Positions 29,343-39,380 of a stretch of 64,000 nucleotides of DNA are shown here, in pieces. Where the stretch lies: NCBI GenBank assembly GCA_027488865.1, contig JAIYAU010000036.1, positions 16,596-80,595 on the forward strand, written 5' to 3'. The stretch comes from Cytophagaceae bacterium (GTDB lineage: Bacteria; Bacteroidota; Bacteroidia; Cytophagales; UBA9547). Position 1 is the first letter of the stretch; each line of letters opens with the position of its first letter. Below the pieces are notes generated by a model. That model was not told the origin of the DNA, made no database searches, and worked only from the letters and a program-made list of their open reading frames with translations. The translations under genes were made by a program, and so were the position numbers.

Positions 29343-30272
29343 ATGCAAAAACAACTAAGTGTAAATCATTTATTGGGTATTAAAGAACTCCAAAAAGACG
29401 ATATTCAACTAATTTTTGAAACAGCTGATAATTTTAAAGAAGTTATTAACAGACCTATTAAAAAGGTTCCTTCTTTGCGTGATGTTACCATTGCAAATGT
29501 ATTTTTTGAAAATTCAACAAGAACTAGACTTTCATTTGAGCTTGCACAGAAACGCTTATCTGCCGATGTTATTAACTTTTCATCTTCATCCAGTTCTGTA
29601 AAAAAAGGCGAAACTTTGTTAGATACCGTTAACAATATATTAGCCATGAAGGTTGATATGATTGTGATGCGTCATTCAAGCGTAGGTGCGCCTCATTTTC
29701 TATCTAAACATATTAGTGCACAAATTGTAAACGCCGGTGATGGAACTCACGAACATCCCACCCAAGCACTTTTAGATTGCTTTTCAATACGGGAAAAACT
29801 TGGAGAAGTAGCAGGAAAAAAAGTTTGTATTTTTGGAGATATTTTGCACTCAAGAGTGGCTTTATCTAACTTTTTTTTTTTTTTTTTACTGGGTGCAGAA
29901 GTGATGGTTTGTGGGCCAATTACTTTAATTCCAAAATATATAAAAGAACTTGGTATTAAGGTTGAACTTGACGTTAAGAAAGCACTAGAATGGTGCGATG
30001 TTGCTAATATTCTTAGGATTCAACTTGAAAGACAACAACTTAAGTATTTTCCATCCTTACGTGAATATGCATTATACTATGGTATTAACAAGCCGCTTTT
30101 GGACAGTATTAACAAAGAAATCGTAATTATGCACCCTGGGCCAATTAATAGGGGTGTGGAAATAACTAGCGATGTTGCAGATTCTCACCATTCAATTATC
30201 CTAGACCAAGTGCAAAATGGCGTAGCAATAAGAATGGCAGTTATGTTTCTTTTGGCAGGGAGAATTAATTAG
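29343..30272 (+). CDS. pyrB: Aspartate carbamoyltransferase catalytic subunit
   Basis: FFENSTRTR.SFE, NAGDG.HEHPTQALLD, HSRVA and HPGPINRG; contains a suspicious 17-T run. Confidence 0.97.
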   Translation: MQKQLSVNHLLGIKELQKDDIQLIFETADNFKEVINRPIKKVPSLRDVTIANVFFENSTRTRLSFELAQKRLSADVINFSSSSSSVKKGETLLDTVNNILAMKVDMIVMRHSSVGAPHFLSKHISAQIVNAGDGTHEHPTQALLDCFSIREKLGEVAGKKVCIFGDILHSRVALSNFFFFFLLGAEVMVCGPITLIPKYIKELGIKVELDVKKALEWCDVANILRIQLERQQLKYFPSLREYALYYGINKPLLDSINKEIVIMHPGPINRGVEITSDVADSHHSIILDQVQNGVAIRMAVMFLLAGRIN

Positions 30273-30287
30273 TAGTGAAATGCAGGT

Positions 30288-30806
30288 CTATTCTGCTTTG
30301 GAGATAAAAAAACGTACGATTAAAAAACCAAACCAAATAGACAGAACACCAAACCATACATATTGAATCCAATAAAAGGAACCCACTTCATAGCGCAAAT
30401 CAAATTGTTCTAGGTTAAACTGGGTAATCATAAACAACCAAAACGTAATAAACACATTCAAAACTGCCGCAAAGGTATTAACCCAATTTACCAAAATATT
30501 TTTGGCATATTCACTATGGTCTTTTGACGATTTCCAAAAATCATGGTTAGGTAATTTTATTAACTCAATTGGAAGTTGAGGAATATATGAAACCAGCATC
30601 AGTATTATAACATTGAAAGAAATAATGCCTGTCACTGAAAAATAAAATAATTGCGACTTACCAAGTGCGTAAGTACCCTCTCCATTTTGATCAAAGTATA
30701 CTGCCACTTCTTGAGGCCAAGAAAAATAACAGAAAAAAATTACTGCAAAAAATACAATTAATGATAAAAACCAAACAAATTTTGCAATGCGAAAAAGGGC
30801 AATCAT
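30288..30806 (-). CDS. Hypothetical four-TM membrane protein (DUF1648-like)
   Basis: TM helix followed by P.EVAVYFD.NG, then three more TMs. Confidence 0.65.
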   Translation of the reverse strand: MIALFRIAKFVWFLSLIVFFAVIFFCYFSWPQEVAVYFDQNGEGTYALGKSQLFYFSVTGIISFNVIILMLVSYIPQLPIELIKLPNHDFWKSSKDHSEYAKNILVNWVNTFAAVLNVFITFWLFMITQFNLEQFDLRYEVGSFYWIQYVWFGVLSIWFGFLIVRFFISKAE

Positions 30807-31007
30807 TATTAATAGAGGTTATTGAATTAATGATAAATATTGTAGTAGGTTAACTGCGACAAAAGTAACGTTTGTTTAACACAAATTGTTAATATTAATT
30901 TAAAATTGTCATATTTTTCTGAATTATAGCATTGCTAAAGCACTCTAAGGTTGGTTAAATGTTATAAAGGCAACTCAGTCGGATTGGTATCATTGCCTAA
31001 GTATAAC

Positions 31008-31015
31008 TATCTTTG
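31008..31015 (+). promoter_or_regulatory. Bacteroidota -7 promoter element for the DEAD-box helicase
   Basis: TATCTTTG, 17 nt before the ATG at 31033. Confidence 0.55.
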
Positions 31016-31032
31016 TTCACAAATAATACAAA

Positions 31033-32265
31033 ATGAAATTTGAGGATTATAATATTTCTTATGAAGTAAAGAAAGGCCTAGATGCATTAGGTTTTAAAAA
31101 GCCCACCGATATTCAATTTAAATCAATCCCACCTATACTTAAAGGTGAAGACGTGTTAGCAATAGCCCAAACAGGTACAGGTAAAACAGCTGCATTTGCC
31201 ATTCCAATTCTTAGTATATTACAAGAATATAAAAAAAATCAATCCCGTGATGATGGGGTTAAATGCTTGGTAATGGTGCCCACACATGAGTTGGCTATTC
31301 AAATTTCGGAGGTATTTAATAAATTAGGAAAATACACTCGAGTAACTACCTACGCGTTATTTGGTGGAGTGGAGCAAGATCCACAAATAAAGGAGCTAAA
31401 CGAAGGTGTTGATATATTAGTAGCTACCCCAGGTAGAATGTTTGATTTAGTAAGTCAAGGCTATCTTAGGCTACACCGTATTAACACCCTTATCTTAGAT
31501 GAGGCAGATCACATGCTTGATCTTGGGTTTATTAAAGATATAGAAGATTTAGTAAAAAAATTACCTAAAAGCCGTCAAACATTGTTTTTTTCGGCTACTA
31601 TTAATGATTATATAAAAAGTTTGGCCTATTCTTTGGTTAAAAATGCCATAAGAATTCAAATTTCACCAAAAGACCCTGTTTCTAAAAATGTGACACATTC
31701 AGTGATGTTCATAGAAATGGATGATAAAAGATTTTTTTTGGAGAGAATTGTAAATGAACATCCTGAAAGTAAAATATTGGTTTTTGTGCGTACCAAGGTA
31801 CGTGCGGAAAGGGTAAAAGCTGCCATGGCACGCGTGGCAATTGAATCGGAGACCATTCATGGAGATAAAGAACAAGCCTCCAGACTTGAGGTAATGAAAA
31901 AATTTGCAAATGGTGAAATTAAACTTCTAATTGCCACTGATGTTAGTGCAAGAGGTATCGATATACCTGGTGTAGAATATGTGGTAAATTATGATTTGCC
32001 CGATGTTTCAGAAAATTATGTGCACAGGGTTGGTCGTACAGGTAGAGGATTTAATAAAGGTGTTGCCATATCATTTTGCAGCGAGGAGGAGAAGCCAATA
32101 CTTGAAGAAATTGAAACATTTCTTGCAAAACCAATCCAAGTAATAGGGATGGATAAAAGAGATTATAATTCAACCATTGAATTTACTGCCGACGTAGATA
32201 ATGATTGGAAAAAATTGTTAAAAGATGCTGAGAAAGAAGAATACAAACCTAAAAAGAGGAAATAA
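31033..32265 (+). CDS. DEAD-box RNA helicase (RhlE-like)
   Basis: Q motif, AQTGTGKT, PTHELA, TPGR, DEAD, SAT, ARGID and HRVGRTGR. Confidence 0.95.
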   Translation: MKFEDYNISYEVKKGLDALGFKKPTDIQFKSIPPILKGEDVLAIAQTGTGKTAAFAIPILSILQEYKKNQSRDDGVKCLVMVPTHELAIQISEVFNKLGKYTRVTTYALFGGVEQDPQIKELNEGVDILVATPGRMFDLVSQGYLRLHRINTLILDEADHMLDLGFIKDIEDLVKKLPKSRQTLFFSATINDYIKSLAYSLVKNAIRIQISPKDPVSKNVTHSVMFIEMDDKRFFLERIVNEHPESKILVFVRTKVRAERVKAAMARVAIESETIHGDKEQASRLEVMKKFANGEIKLLIATDVSARGIDIPGVEYVVNYDLPDVSENYVHRVGRTGRGFNKGVAISFCSEEEKPILEEIETFLAKPIQVIGMDKRDYNSTIEFTADVDNDWKKLLKDAEKEEYKPKKRK

Positions 32266-32318
32266 TGGCTTAGCTGAAATACGGCACGCCTAATTAAAAT
32301 GAAAATTTTGGTTAAAAA

Positions 32319-32882
32319 ATGAAATATTTAATAGCTGGACTTGGAAATATAGGTTCAGAATACGATAAAACACGCCATAATATTGGCTTTATGATACTTG
32401 ACCATTTGGTTAAAATGGAAAATGGTAAATTTGAATTGGCTAAGTTGGCTTTCAATAGCGAAATCAAACACAAAGGAAGAAGCATCCATTTAATCAAGCC
32501 TACCACTTACATGAATTTAAGTGGTAAATCCCTCAATTATTGGATGCAAGAGCTTAAGATTCCTGTAGAAAATGTTTTAGCTATTACTGATGATGTAGCA
32601 TTACCTTTTGGGCAAATAAGGATGAGACCTTCTGGATCTAATGGAGGCCATAACGGTTTGGGTAATATTCAAGAAATTCTTGGTACTGTTAATTACCCTC
32701 GAATGCGAATAGGTGTCGGCAACGATTATCCCAAAGGCAAACAAGTGGAATACGTTTTAGGTGAATTTAATTCGTTTGAAAAATCCGAATTACCTTTACT
32801 ATTGGACAAAGCAGTAGAAGCCACCCTGTCCTTTTGTACCATAGGACTCGAAAGAACAATGAATATATATAATAAAAAATAA
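32319..32882 (+). CDS. pth: Peptidyl-tRNA hydrolase
   Basis: GLGNIG..Y..TRHNIGF, KPTTYMNLSG and GGHNGL. Confidence 0.97.
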   Translation: MKYLIAGLGNIGSEYDKTRHNIGFMILDHLVKMENGKFELAKLAFNSEIKHKGRSIHLIKPTTYMNLSGKSLNYWMQELKIPVENVLAITDDVALPFGQIRMRPSGSNGGHNGLGNIQEILGTVNYPRMRIGVGNDYPKGKQVEYVLGEFNSFEKSELPLLLDKAVEATLSFCTIGLERTMNIYNKK

Positions 32883-32915
32883 AACATAAAGAATAATTTA
32901 AAATGGAGCTTTTAC

Positions 32916-33701
32916 ATGCCAAAGTTTAAAATCACTTTAGAGTATAACGGATCTAAGTATGCAGGGTGGCAAATTCAAAAAAATGCTCAAACCATACAAG
33001 GTGAATTATTAAAGGCAGGTGAGGCTATTTTTGGTACCAAAACCTTCGAATTTTATGGATCAAGTCGTACCGATGCTGGAGTACATGCACTTGGACAAGT
33101 GGCACATTTACAGGTAGAAACACTAATTCCATTGGAAAATTTGCTTAACAAATTTAATGATAAATTACCACCCGACATTTCAATAGTTGCCATTGAAAAA
33201 ACTCATCCTAAATTTCACGCAAGGTTTGATGCTACTGCAAGAAGTTACATTTATCTTATTTCAAAAAGAAAAACCGCTTTTGCCAAACCATATGTCTGGT
33301 GGGTCAATGAGGACTTTGATGCAAATATAATGCAGGAGGCTGCAAGATATTTAGAAGGATTTCATGATTTTAGGTCTTTTACCAATGATAGTCCTGAGGA
33401 AAAGTCGACCGATACAGAGCTTAAGTTTATTGATCTGTATCAGATAAATGATTTATTAGTAGTGCATATTGTAGGCTCGCATTTTTTATGGAAAATGGTT
33501 CGTAAAATAATTGCAGCATTGGTAGAAGTAGGTAAAGGGAAAATTGCTCCCTCGTCCATTGCTTCTATTCTTAATGGACACGACAATCAACTTCATTTAA
33601 CTGCGCCTCCAATGGGACTTTTTCTGGAAAGGGTATATTACAAAGAGGATATTTGGAGGGGGCCTGAAGCCTTCAAACTTCCAATATTAATAGAAGGGTA
33701 G
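32916..33701 (+). CDS. truA: tRNA pseudouridine(38-40) synthase TruA
   Basis: Y.G..Y.GWQ, SRTDAGVHA.GQ, FHARF, HDF.SF, FLWKMVR and TAPP.GLFL. Confidence 0.93.
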   Translation: MPKFKITLEYNGSKYAGWQIQKNAQTIQGELLKAGEAIFGTKTFEFYGSSRTDAGVHALGQVAHLQVETLIPLENLLNKFNDKLPPDISIVAIEKTHPKFHARFDATARSYIYLISKRKTAFAKPYVWWVNEDFDANIMQEAARYLEGFHDFRSFTNDSPEEKSTDTELKFIDLYQINDLLVVHIVGSHFLWKMVRKIIAALVEVGKGKIAPSSIASILNGHDNQLHLTAPPMGLFLERVYYKEDIWRGPEAFKLPILIEG

Positions 33702-33723
33702 GAGGGGGATGCTTATAAATACT

Positions 33724-33861
33724 CTAGTTTTTTTTAAATAATTCAGAGGCTGAAAAATTATCTTCTTGTTTAGTAAGATAATTAGAACCGCCCAGCAGGG
33801 CCAAAACAAATATTATTGCCACTACTACACTCATAATTAATAATACATATATTAATTCCAT
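33724..33861 (-). CDS. Small single-TM protein (45 aa), CcoS/FixS-like; absent from the ORF track
   Basis: Hand translation MELIYVLLIMSVVVAIIFVLALLGGSNYLTKQEDNFSASELFKKN*, ATG at 33861 and TAG at 33724-33726. Confidence 0.55.
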   Translation of the reverse strand: MELIYVLLIMSVVVAIIFVLALLGGSNYLTKQEDNFSASELFKKN

Positions 33862-34104
33862 CGCTATTTTATTCTATTCAAGTTAGATGGTTTTACGGAT
33901 TGCGTCCTATTCTGTTATACACATACAACGAATAAAAAATAGAGTACGTAATGTTTTCTGTATTAATTGAATATTAAGTTAATTTGCACCTGATTAAAAA
34001 GGATGCGGGTCGATATGATCAATTTAGGATCATTGGTGCTTAGATCAAGTAGGTAATTCCTTCATTCATCGACAAAGTGAATATTTAAAACAATAAAACT
34101 TATA

Positions 34105-35181
34105 ATGAGTAACAAACTTTATTTTACGCCAGGGCCATCAGGACTTTATCCAACAGTTCCATTTCATATTCAAAATGCCTTAAATGAGGATGTATGCGCA
34201 ATTTCTCACAGAAGTAAGAAATATGAAGCAATCCACGAAAATACAGTTCAAAATTTAAAGGAACTATTAAATATTCCAGACAATTTTCATTTATTTTTCA
34301 CGGGTTCTGCTACTGAAGTTTGGGATAGGGTAATCGAAAATTGTGTAGAGCAACATAGTTATCATTGTGTAAATGGATCATTTTCTAAACGCTTTTATGA
34401 AACGGCGAAGGAGTTAAATAAAAATGCAACCAAAATAGAAGTTGAATTTGGTAAAGGGTTTAATGCTGATGATTTAAATGCGCCAATAGAAACCGAATTA
34501 ATTTGCCTTACACATAACGAAACCAGTGCCGGCGTGTCGATGCCTGTGAGTGAAATAAATAAGGTAAAAGACAAATATCCGAATGCGCTTATAGTTGTAG
34601 ATGCAGTGTCATCGATGCCTTACCCAAATTTTGATTATTCTAAAATAGATAGCGTTTTATTTTCTGTACAAAAGGGCTTTGGAATGCCTGCGGGACTTGG
34701 TGTTTGGATTGTTAATGAAAGGTGTATAGAAAAGTCAAAATTATTGCAAACCAAAGGGATTTCAATAGGGACTTATCATAATTTACCCTCATTACTTTCA
34801 AAGGGAATTAATAATCAAACTCCTGAAACGCCCAATGTATTAGGAATATATGTATTGGGAAAAGTAGCAGGAGATATGTTATCGATTGGAATAGATAACA
34901 TTAGAAAGGACACAGAAACTAAAGCAAAATTACTTTATGAATTCATTCAAAATAGTACAAATTTTGAAATATTTGTGAATGAACCAGCGCATCGTTCTCA
35001 AACAGTAATAGTTGCGAATACTGTAATACCTTCTCCACAAATCAACAAAATATTAGAACCACATAACATGGCCATCGGTACTGGATATGCCAAGTATAAA
35101 GAACAACAAGTAAGAATTGCTAATTTTCCAGCATTTAGCATTGATGATGTTGAAAAACTAATTGAAAAGTTGAAATTGTAA
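34105..35181 (+). CDS. serC: Phosphoserine aminotransferase (class V PLP enzyme)
   Basis: FTPGPS, ISHRS, GSAT, HNETS.G, DAVSS, SVQK (PLP lysine), TP.TPN and RIANFP. Confidence 0.85.
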   Translation: MSNKLYFTPGPSGLYPTVPFHIQNALNEDVCAISHRSKKYEAIHENTVQNLKELLNIPDNFHLFFTGSATEVWDRVIENCVEQHSYHCVNGSFSKRFYETAKELNKNATKIEVEFGKGFNADDLNAPIETELICLTHNETSAGVSMPVSEINKVKDKYPNALIVVDAVSSMPYPNFDYSKIDSVLFSVQKGFGMPAGLGVWIVNERCIEKSKLLQTKGISIGTYHNLPSLLSKGINNQTPETPNVLGIYVLGKVAGDMLSIGIDNIRKDTETKAKLLYEFIQNSTNFEIFVNEPAHRSQTVIVANTVIPSPQINKILEPHNMAIGTGYAKYKEQQVRIANFPAFSIDDVEKLIEKLKL

Positions 35182-35237
35182 ATATTTACAGTTGACATGA
35201 ATTTACATTTTATGCTTTCATCCTATTAAATTTCATC

Positions 35238-35693
35238 ATGGAATTATTCTCTGAAGACTTTATTGAGCATTCTAATTTACTGTGTTCGTCTTATAGGAAA
35301 GTTACTGGTCAAAATTTGGTAAATAATGAATTAGGCGTCAATATTGAAGAAGCATTATATGAAGCACCTTTTGTGGTAGTTTCGCATGGTGTTCAATTAG
35401 ATCCAATTTTTTCCTATGCGAATCTCACAGCTCAAAGTCTTTGGGGATATTCTTGGGGAAATTTTATTACTTTGCCTTCTCGATTGTCAGCAGAACCTAG
35501 CACGCAACAAGAAAGAGAAGTATTGTTGAAGAAGGTGCTATTGTGTGGGTATATTGATGATTATGAGGGAGTAAGGATTACTAATTCTGGGCATAAATTT
35601 AGAATCAAGAATGTTTTTATTTGGAATATTATGGATCAAAATCGACAATATCACGGACAAGCTGCCATGTTTAAGTCATGGCAGCATTTATGA
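35238..35693 (+). CDS. MEKHLA domain protein
   Basis: LYEAPFVVVSHG...DPIF.YAN..A..LW, LPSRLSAE, Y.GVRI and GQAA.F. Confidence 0.92.
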   Translation: MELFSEDFIEHSNLLCSSYRKVTGQNLVNNELGVNIEEALYEAPFVVVSHGVQLDPIFSYANLTAQSLWGYSWGNFITLPSRLSAEPSTQQEREVLLKKVLLCGYIDDYEGVRITNSGHKFRIKNVFIWNIMDQNRQYHGQAAMFKSWQHL

Positions 35694-35814
35694 TTTATCA
35701 GAAAATTTCATTTTTTGAACAAAATACAGATTTAACCTAATTATATCAAACTCCTCATTAGATAAATTTTGAAATAATTAAACGTTTTCGTCAGTTACAA
35801 AAGTTAAGTTGTGG

Positions 35815-36927
35815 TTAATTTTCAACCCATATCTTTCTAGCTATCCACTTACCTTGATGACTAAATTTAATAATATAAATTCCGGATTTTAAATGAGGTA
35901 CAATAATCAAATCAGATGTATTTTTATTCCTTTCAATAAATTTTCCTCTTGAGTCAAACCATTCTAGTTCAAGCTCATTTTCGTCCTCATTTTTGAAAGA
36001 AAAGGTTTGGCCAGATCTCAATGGTTGTATGAAATCCTTAAAAATATCATCAGAACTATCCAAAACGTTATCTTTATTGTCATCATTGGAGAGGCTTAGA
36101 GGTTGAAAAATATCAGAAGCATTAGCACTTATTTTAATATCATCGAACCAAATGTGTACATCCGACCCTGGCGACCAAGCTGCTGAACTGCCACCGTGAA
36201 ATGTAGAAAAGTACAAATTATCTACTTTGTCGCCATTTGTAACAAATTGAATACCAGTTCTTAATAGTGCAGATTGACCATTTATCCATAATTCAACCTC
36301 GCCATCGTGATTGTTTCCACTATTTACCTTAACGCGTTGGGTTACTTGAAACCATTGACCTTTAGTTATATAATAATCAGCACCTCCCACCACGAGGGTA
36401 TTGTTGTCACCACAAGGTGGGTTTGATTTATCTAGATGATATAAATAAAGTACCAATCTTCCGCCTGTTCGCCACATTAATCGAGCGGTAAAGCCATTAG
36501 TGCCATCACACGTGGTGCATCCACTACATCTGCCTCCTCCTCCAAGACCTGGTAGTTTACCTCCCTCGCTCGTGCCACCATAATCAAAATTATTGCTAAA
36601 GCGAACCCAGTAAGACATATACAATTGATTTGCTGGAGTTACCATTAAAGGTGCTTGTGCTCCACTGTTACCAGGTCCAAAGTTGTTGGCAGGAAATGTA
36701 ACTCTAAGGGATTTAGTTCCAGATTTGGCAAAGGCATCGTCAATATATGCACGGTTTTGATTAAATCCGTTTACCCAAGGCACTGTAAAACCTTGTGCTG
36801 TCCAACTAGCCTGTGTAAAAACTGACTCATCAGCTAAATTTTCGAATCCAGTAGAAGATAATTGGGCATTGCTCTGAAGCAAGCTAAGCAGAAAAACTGC
36901 CGCAATTGAAGTAATAATTTTATTCAT
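35815..36927 (-). CDS. Secreted polysaccharide lyase (PL14-like) with T9SS type A CTD
   Basis: Signal peptide; GGKLPGL, RLMWR, DGEVELW.NG and FSTFHGG motifs; C-terminal L.SGIYIIK......RKI CTD; TATATTTG promoter at 36962-36969 on the minus strand. Confidence 0.82.
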   Translation of the reverse strand: MNKIITSIAAVFLLSLLQSNAQLSSTGFENLADESVFTQASWTAQGFTVPWVNGFNQNRAYIDDAFAKSGTKSLRVTFPANNFGPGNSGAQAPLMVTPANQLYMSYWVRFSNNFDYGGTSEGGKLPGLGGGGRCSGCTTCDGTNGFTARLMWRTGGRLVLYLYHLDKSNPPCGDNNTLVVGGADYYITKGQWFQVTQRVKVNSGNNHDGEVELWINGQSALLRTGIQFVTNGDKVDNLYFSTFHGGSSAAWSPGSDVHIWFDDIKISANASDIFQPLSLSNDDNKDNVLDSSDDIFKDFIQPLRSGQTFSFKNEDENELELEWFDSRGKFIERNKNTSDLIIVPHLKSGIYIIKFSHQGKWIARKIWVEN

Positions 36928-37002
36928 AAATATAGGAATGATAGAAGTAGTAATAATTGTACAAATATAAGATATTATATTATTTATAAAATATATTACA
37001 AC

Positions 37003-37037
37003 AAAAAAGCCCCATTAACAAGTAGTTAACGGGGCTT
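37003..37037 (-). terminator. Intrinsic terminator of the TPR gene
   Basis: AAGCCCC-ATTAAC pairs with GTTAAC-GGGGCTT; the A run at 37003-37008 is a U tail on the minus strand. Confidence 0.8.
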
Positions 37038-37063
37038 ATCACTTTTATATTATTAATAAAAAT

Positions 37064-39253
37064 CTAGTCGCAGTATTTCTTTGTTAGTGTCTCTAACTCC
37101 GTCGGATTTGCAGCGTCTGTATATCCTAATTCTTTGGCCTTTTTAAGGTCAGGACATATTTGATCCTTATTTTTTAACTTTTGATTTACCTTTGCTCTTT
37201 GATAAAACATTTCTGGATCTTTGTCATAAAGTTTAATGCCTTCGTCAAGATCTTGCTTGGCCTTAGCATACTCCTCAGTATTTAGAAAGAATATTGAACG
37301 ATGATAATAAACCTCGTAGTCTTCTTTAAATTTGTTAACAACCTCATTATAAGTATTATTGGCAGTGGTAATATCTCCAAGAGCATACTTCATAGTTGCT
37401 TTTTCATAATATGCTTCTTTAAGATCTGGTTTTATTTTAATGGCTTGGTCAAAGTCTTTAGTTGCATTAATAAAGTCCGTGATGGCAGAGTAGGCTTGTC
37501 CTCTATGTAAATGAGCTTCAGCATCTTCTGGCTCTATTTCAATAGCTTTTGTATATGAGGTGATACTTTCTTTGTATTTGCCCATTTCAAAATAGGTTGC
37601 ACCTTTATTAAAATGACCTTCCGATACATTGGGAGATAGTTCCAACATTTTGTCATAATCTTTTAGAGCATCTTCATACCTTCTTAAATGGTTTTTAGCC
37701 ACTCCACGATAAAAATAAGGATAATTGTAAGAAGGATATAATTCTATCACTTTGTCTAAATCTTCAATGGCACTTAAATATTCTCCTATTTCATTTTTAA
37801 CTATGGCTCTTTTGTAAAAAGCTGGAATGTCATTAGGTGAAAAAGTAAGCACATGGGTATAGTTTTCTAAAGCAGCCTCATAATCACCAAGAAAATCTTT
37901 ACAATCACCTAAGTGCATGTAAGCGTCGGTATAATCTGGTTTTAACTCTACTACCTTATTAAAATCTTCTGTGGCACTAGAATATTCTCCCATCTCCATT
38001 TTCATAATTCCTCTTTGGTAAAAAAGCAGTGCATCGTTATTGTTAGTGTTAATTTGCTCATTCACACTTTCAATTTTCTTCACATTTTCTACTTTATTTA
38101 CAGAAGTAGTCTTTAATGGCTTAGCTAACATTTCTTCGATTGCCTTTTCTTGAACTACCGCAGGTGCCTTTTCCTCAATTTTAATTGGTTTTTTATAAGA
38201 TACCTTAGTTTTTGGGGTTTTAGGCGCTACCACAATGTGGTAATAAGCCTTGGGAAGTTTGGAAAACTCAAATAGACCGTGTTCATCTGTTAATATTTCT
38301 TTTATTACCAAACCTGCCTTATTTACTAAATGAATTTTTCGTAATGGTAATTGCTGATTGGTTGTAGCATCTTCTAATTGGCCAATAAATGTACCATCTT
38401 GAAGTGTATCACTTTTAAAAGCATATATACTCAATTCCTTTAATTTAAGTGGGCTAAGTTGGTCAAAAGTCTTTAATACTTCTAACTGAGGTTTTATCTT
38501 GGTTTTATCATAAACATAATCAATTGATGCCTTAATATTTTGATCGGGCACCTTTTGAATAATTTTATAATCATAAGCCTTAAGAGCAGTAAGTTTAAAC
38601 TTCTTATCAGAGGTAAGGTCTATCTTTTTAAGTATTTTGTTGGCACTATTAACTAAGAATACCGTGAGGATTTCAGCATTTTTAGTTTTGCCTACTATGG
38701 TTATTTTGCCATTTACTACATTACTTTTAAGTGTAGTTAATGAATCTTTTGAAATAGAGTTTAGGAGTCTTTCGTTTACCTCTTTTTGGGTTAAAACTGT
38801 TCCTATTTGAAATTTATCAACGATTTCTTCCTTAATTAATACGTCTACCTCCTTTTCAATTTTTGGTACGTTTGCGCTAATGTTTACATTAATTGAGTCA
38901 AGGGCGATATTATAATTGCCCGATTCTAATTTTCTGAACGCATAAGACCCATCCTTTTTGGCTTTTATTTGTTTTATAATAACACCATTCGTGTCAAGAA
39001 TTAACACTTGGTAGATGCTAAAGTCTTCATTCGCAAGACTTGATATTAGTTTTCCACTTATTTTGTAACTTTTAGCGCCTTTAAAATCTTTTTGTGGAAG
39101 CGGTGATAAAATTTGAAATGAATCCTTTTTAGGAATGACCACGTTGGCATAGCTGTTGAGGGAATCTATAATAACGTTTTCTTTAGGTCGAGGCTCTTTA
39201 CAAGCTAAAAGACAAATTATGGAAAGAAGTGTTATGAGTAATAGTTTTTTCAT
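37064..39253 (-). CDS. Lipoprotein with three beta-sandwich repeats and a C-terminal TPR array
   Basis: Lipobox LLAC; three G.L....V.L.N..G.IIK.....G.F.F.KL...Y.I modules; about nine TPRs (FYQRG, YMHLG, YFYRG, HFNKG). Confidence 0.8.
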   Translation of the reverse strand: MKKLLLITLLSIICLLACKEPRPKENVIIDSLNSYANVVIPKKDSFQILSPLPQKDFKGAKSYKISGKLISSLANEDFSIYQVLILDTNGVIIKQIKAKKDGSYAFRKLESGNYNIALDSINVNISANVPKIEKEVDVLIKEEIVDKFQIGTVLTQKEVNERLLNSISKDSLTTLKSNVVNGKITIVGKTKNAEILTVFLVNSANKILKKIDLTSDKKFKLTALKAYDYKIIQKVPDQNIKASIDYVYDKTKIKPQLEVLKTFDQLSPLKLKELSIYAFKSDTLQDGTFIGQLEDATTNQQLPLRKIHLVNKAGLVIKEILTDEHGLFEFSKLPKAYYHIVVAPKTPKTKVSYKKPIKIEEKAPAVVQEKAIEEMLAKPLKTTSVNKVENVKKIESVNEQINTNNNDALLFYQRGIMKMEMGEYSSATEDFNKVVELKPDYTDAYMHLGDCKDFLGDYEAALENYTHVLTFSPNDIPAFYKRAIVKNEIGEYLSAIEDLDKVIELYPSYNYPYFYRGVAKNHLRRYEDALKDYDKMLELSPNVSEGHFNKGATYFEMGKYKESITSYTKAIEIEPEDAEAHLHRGQAYSAITDFINATKDFDQAIKIKPDLKEAYYEKATMKYALGDITTANNTYNEVVNKFKEDYEVYYHRSIFFLNTEEYAKAKQDLDEGIKLYDKDPEMFYQRAKVNQKLKNKDQICPDLKKAKELGYTDAANPTELETLTKKYCD

Positions 39254-39380
39254 AATTTTAAAAATCTGAGTCTAAGAAAAAGAATATCGATAATAATACG
39301 AGCTATATTTTTTGGATATTTTCTAAAAAAGGTTTTGAATATTTCAAAACAATGCAAAAATTAAAAAAAAATTCGACTAA

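Noticed and set aside
35238-35693. MEKHLA protein as a novelty
   Set aside because: Stand-alone bacterial MEKHLA proteins are a known family, and nothing in the context is unusual.
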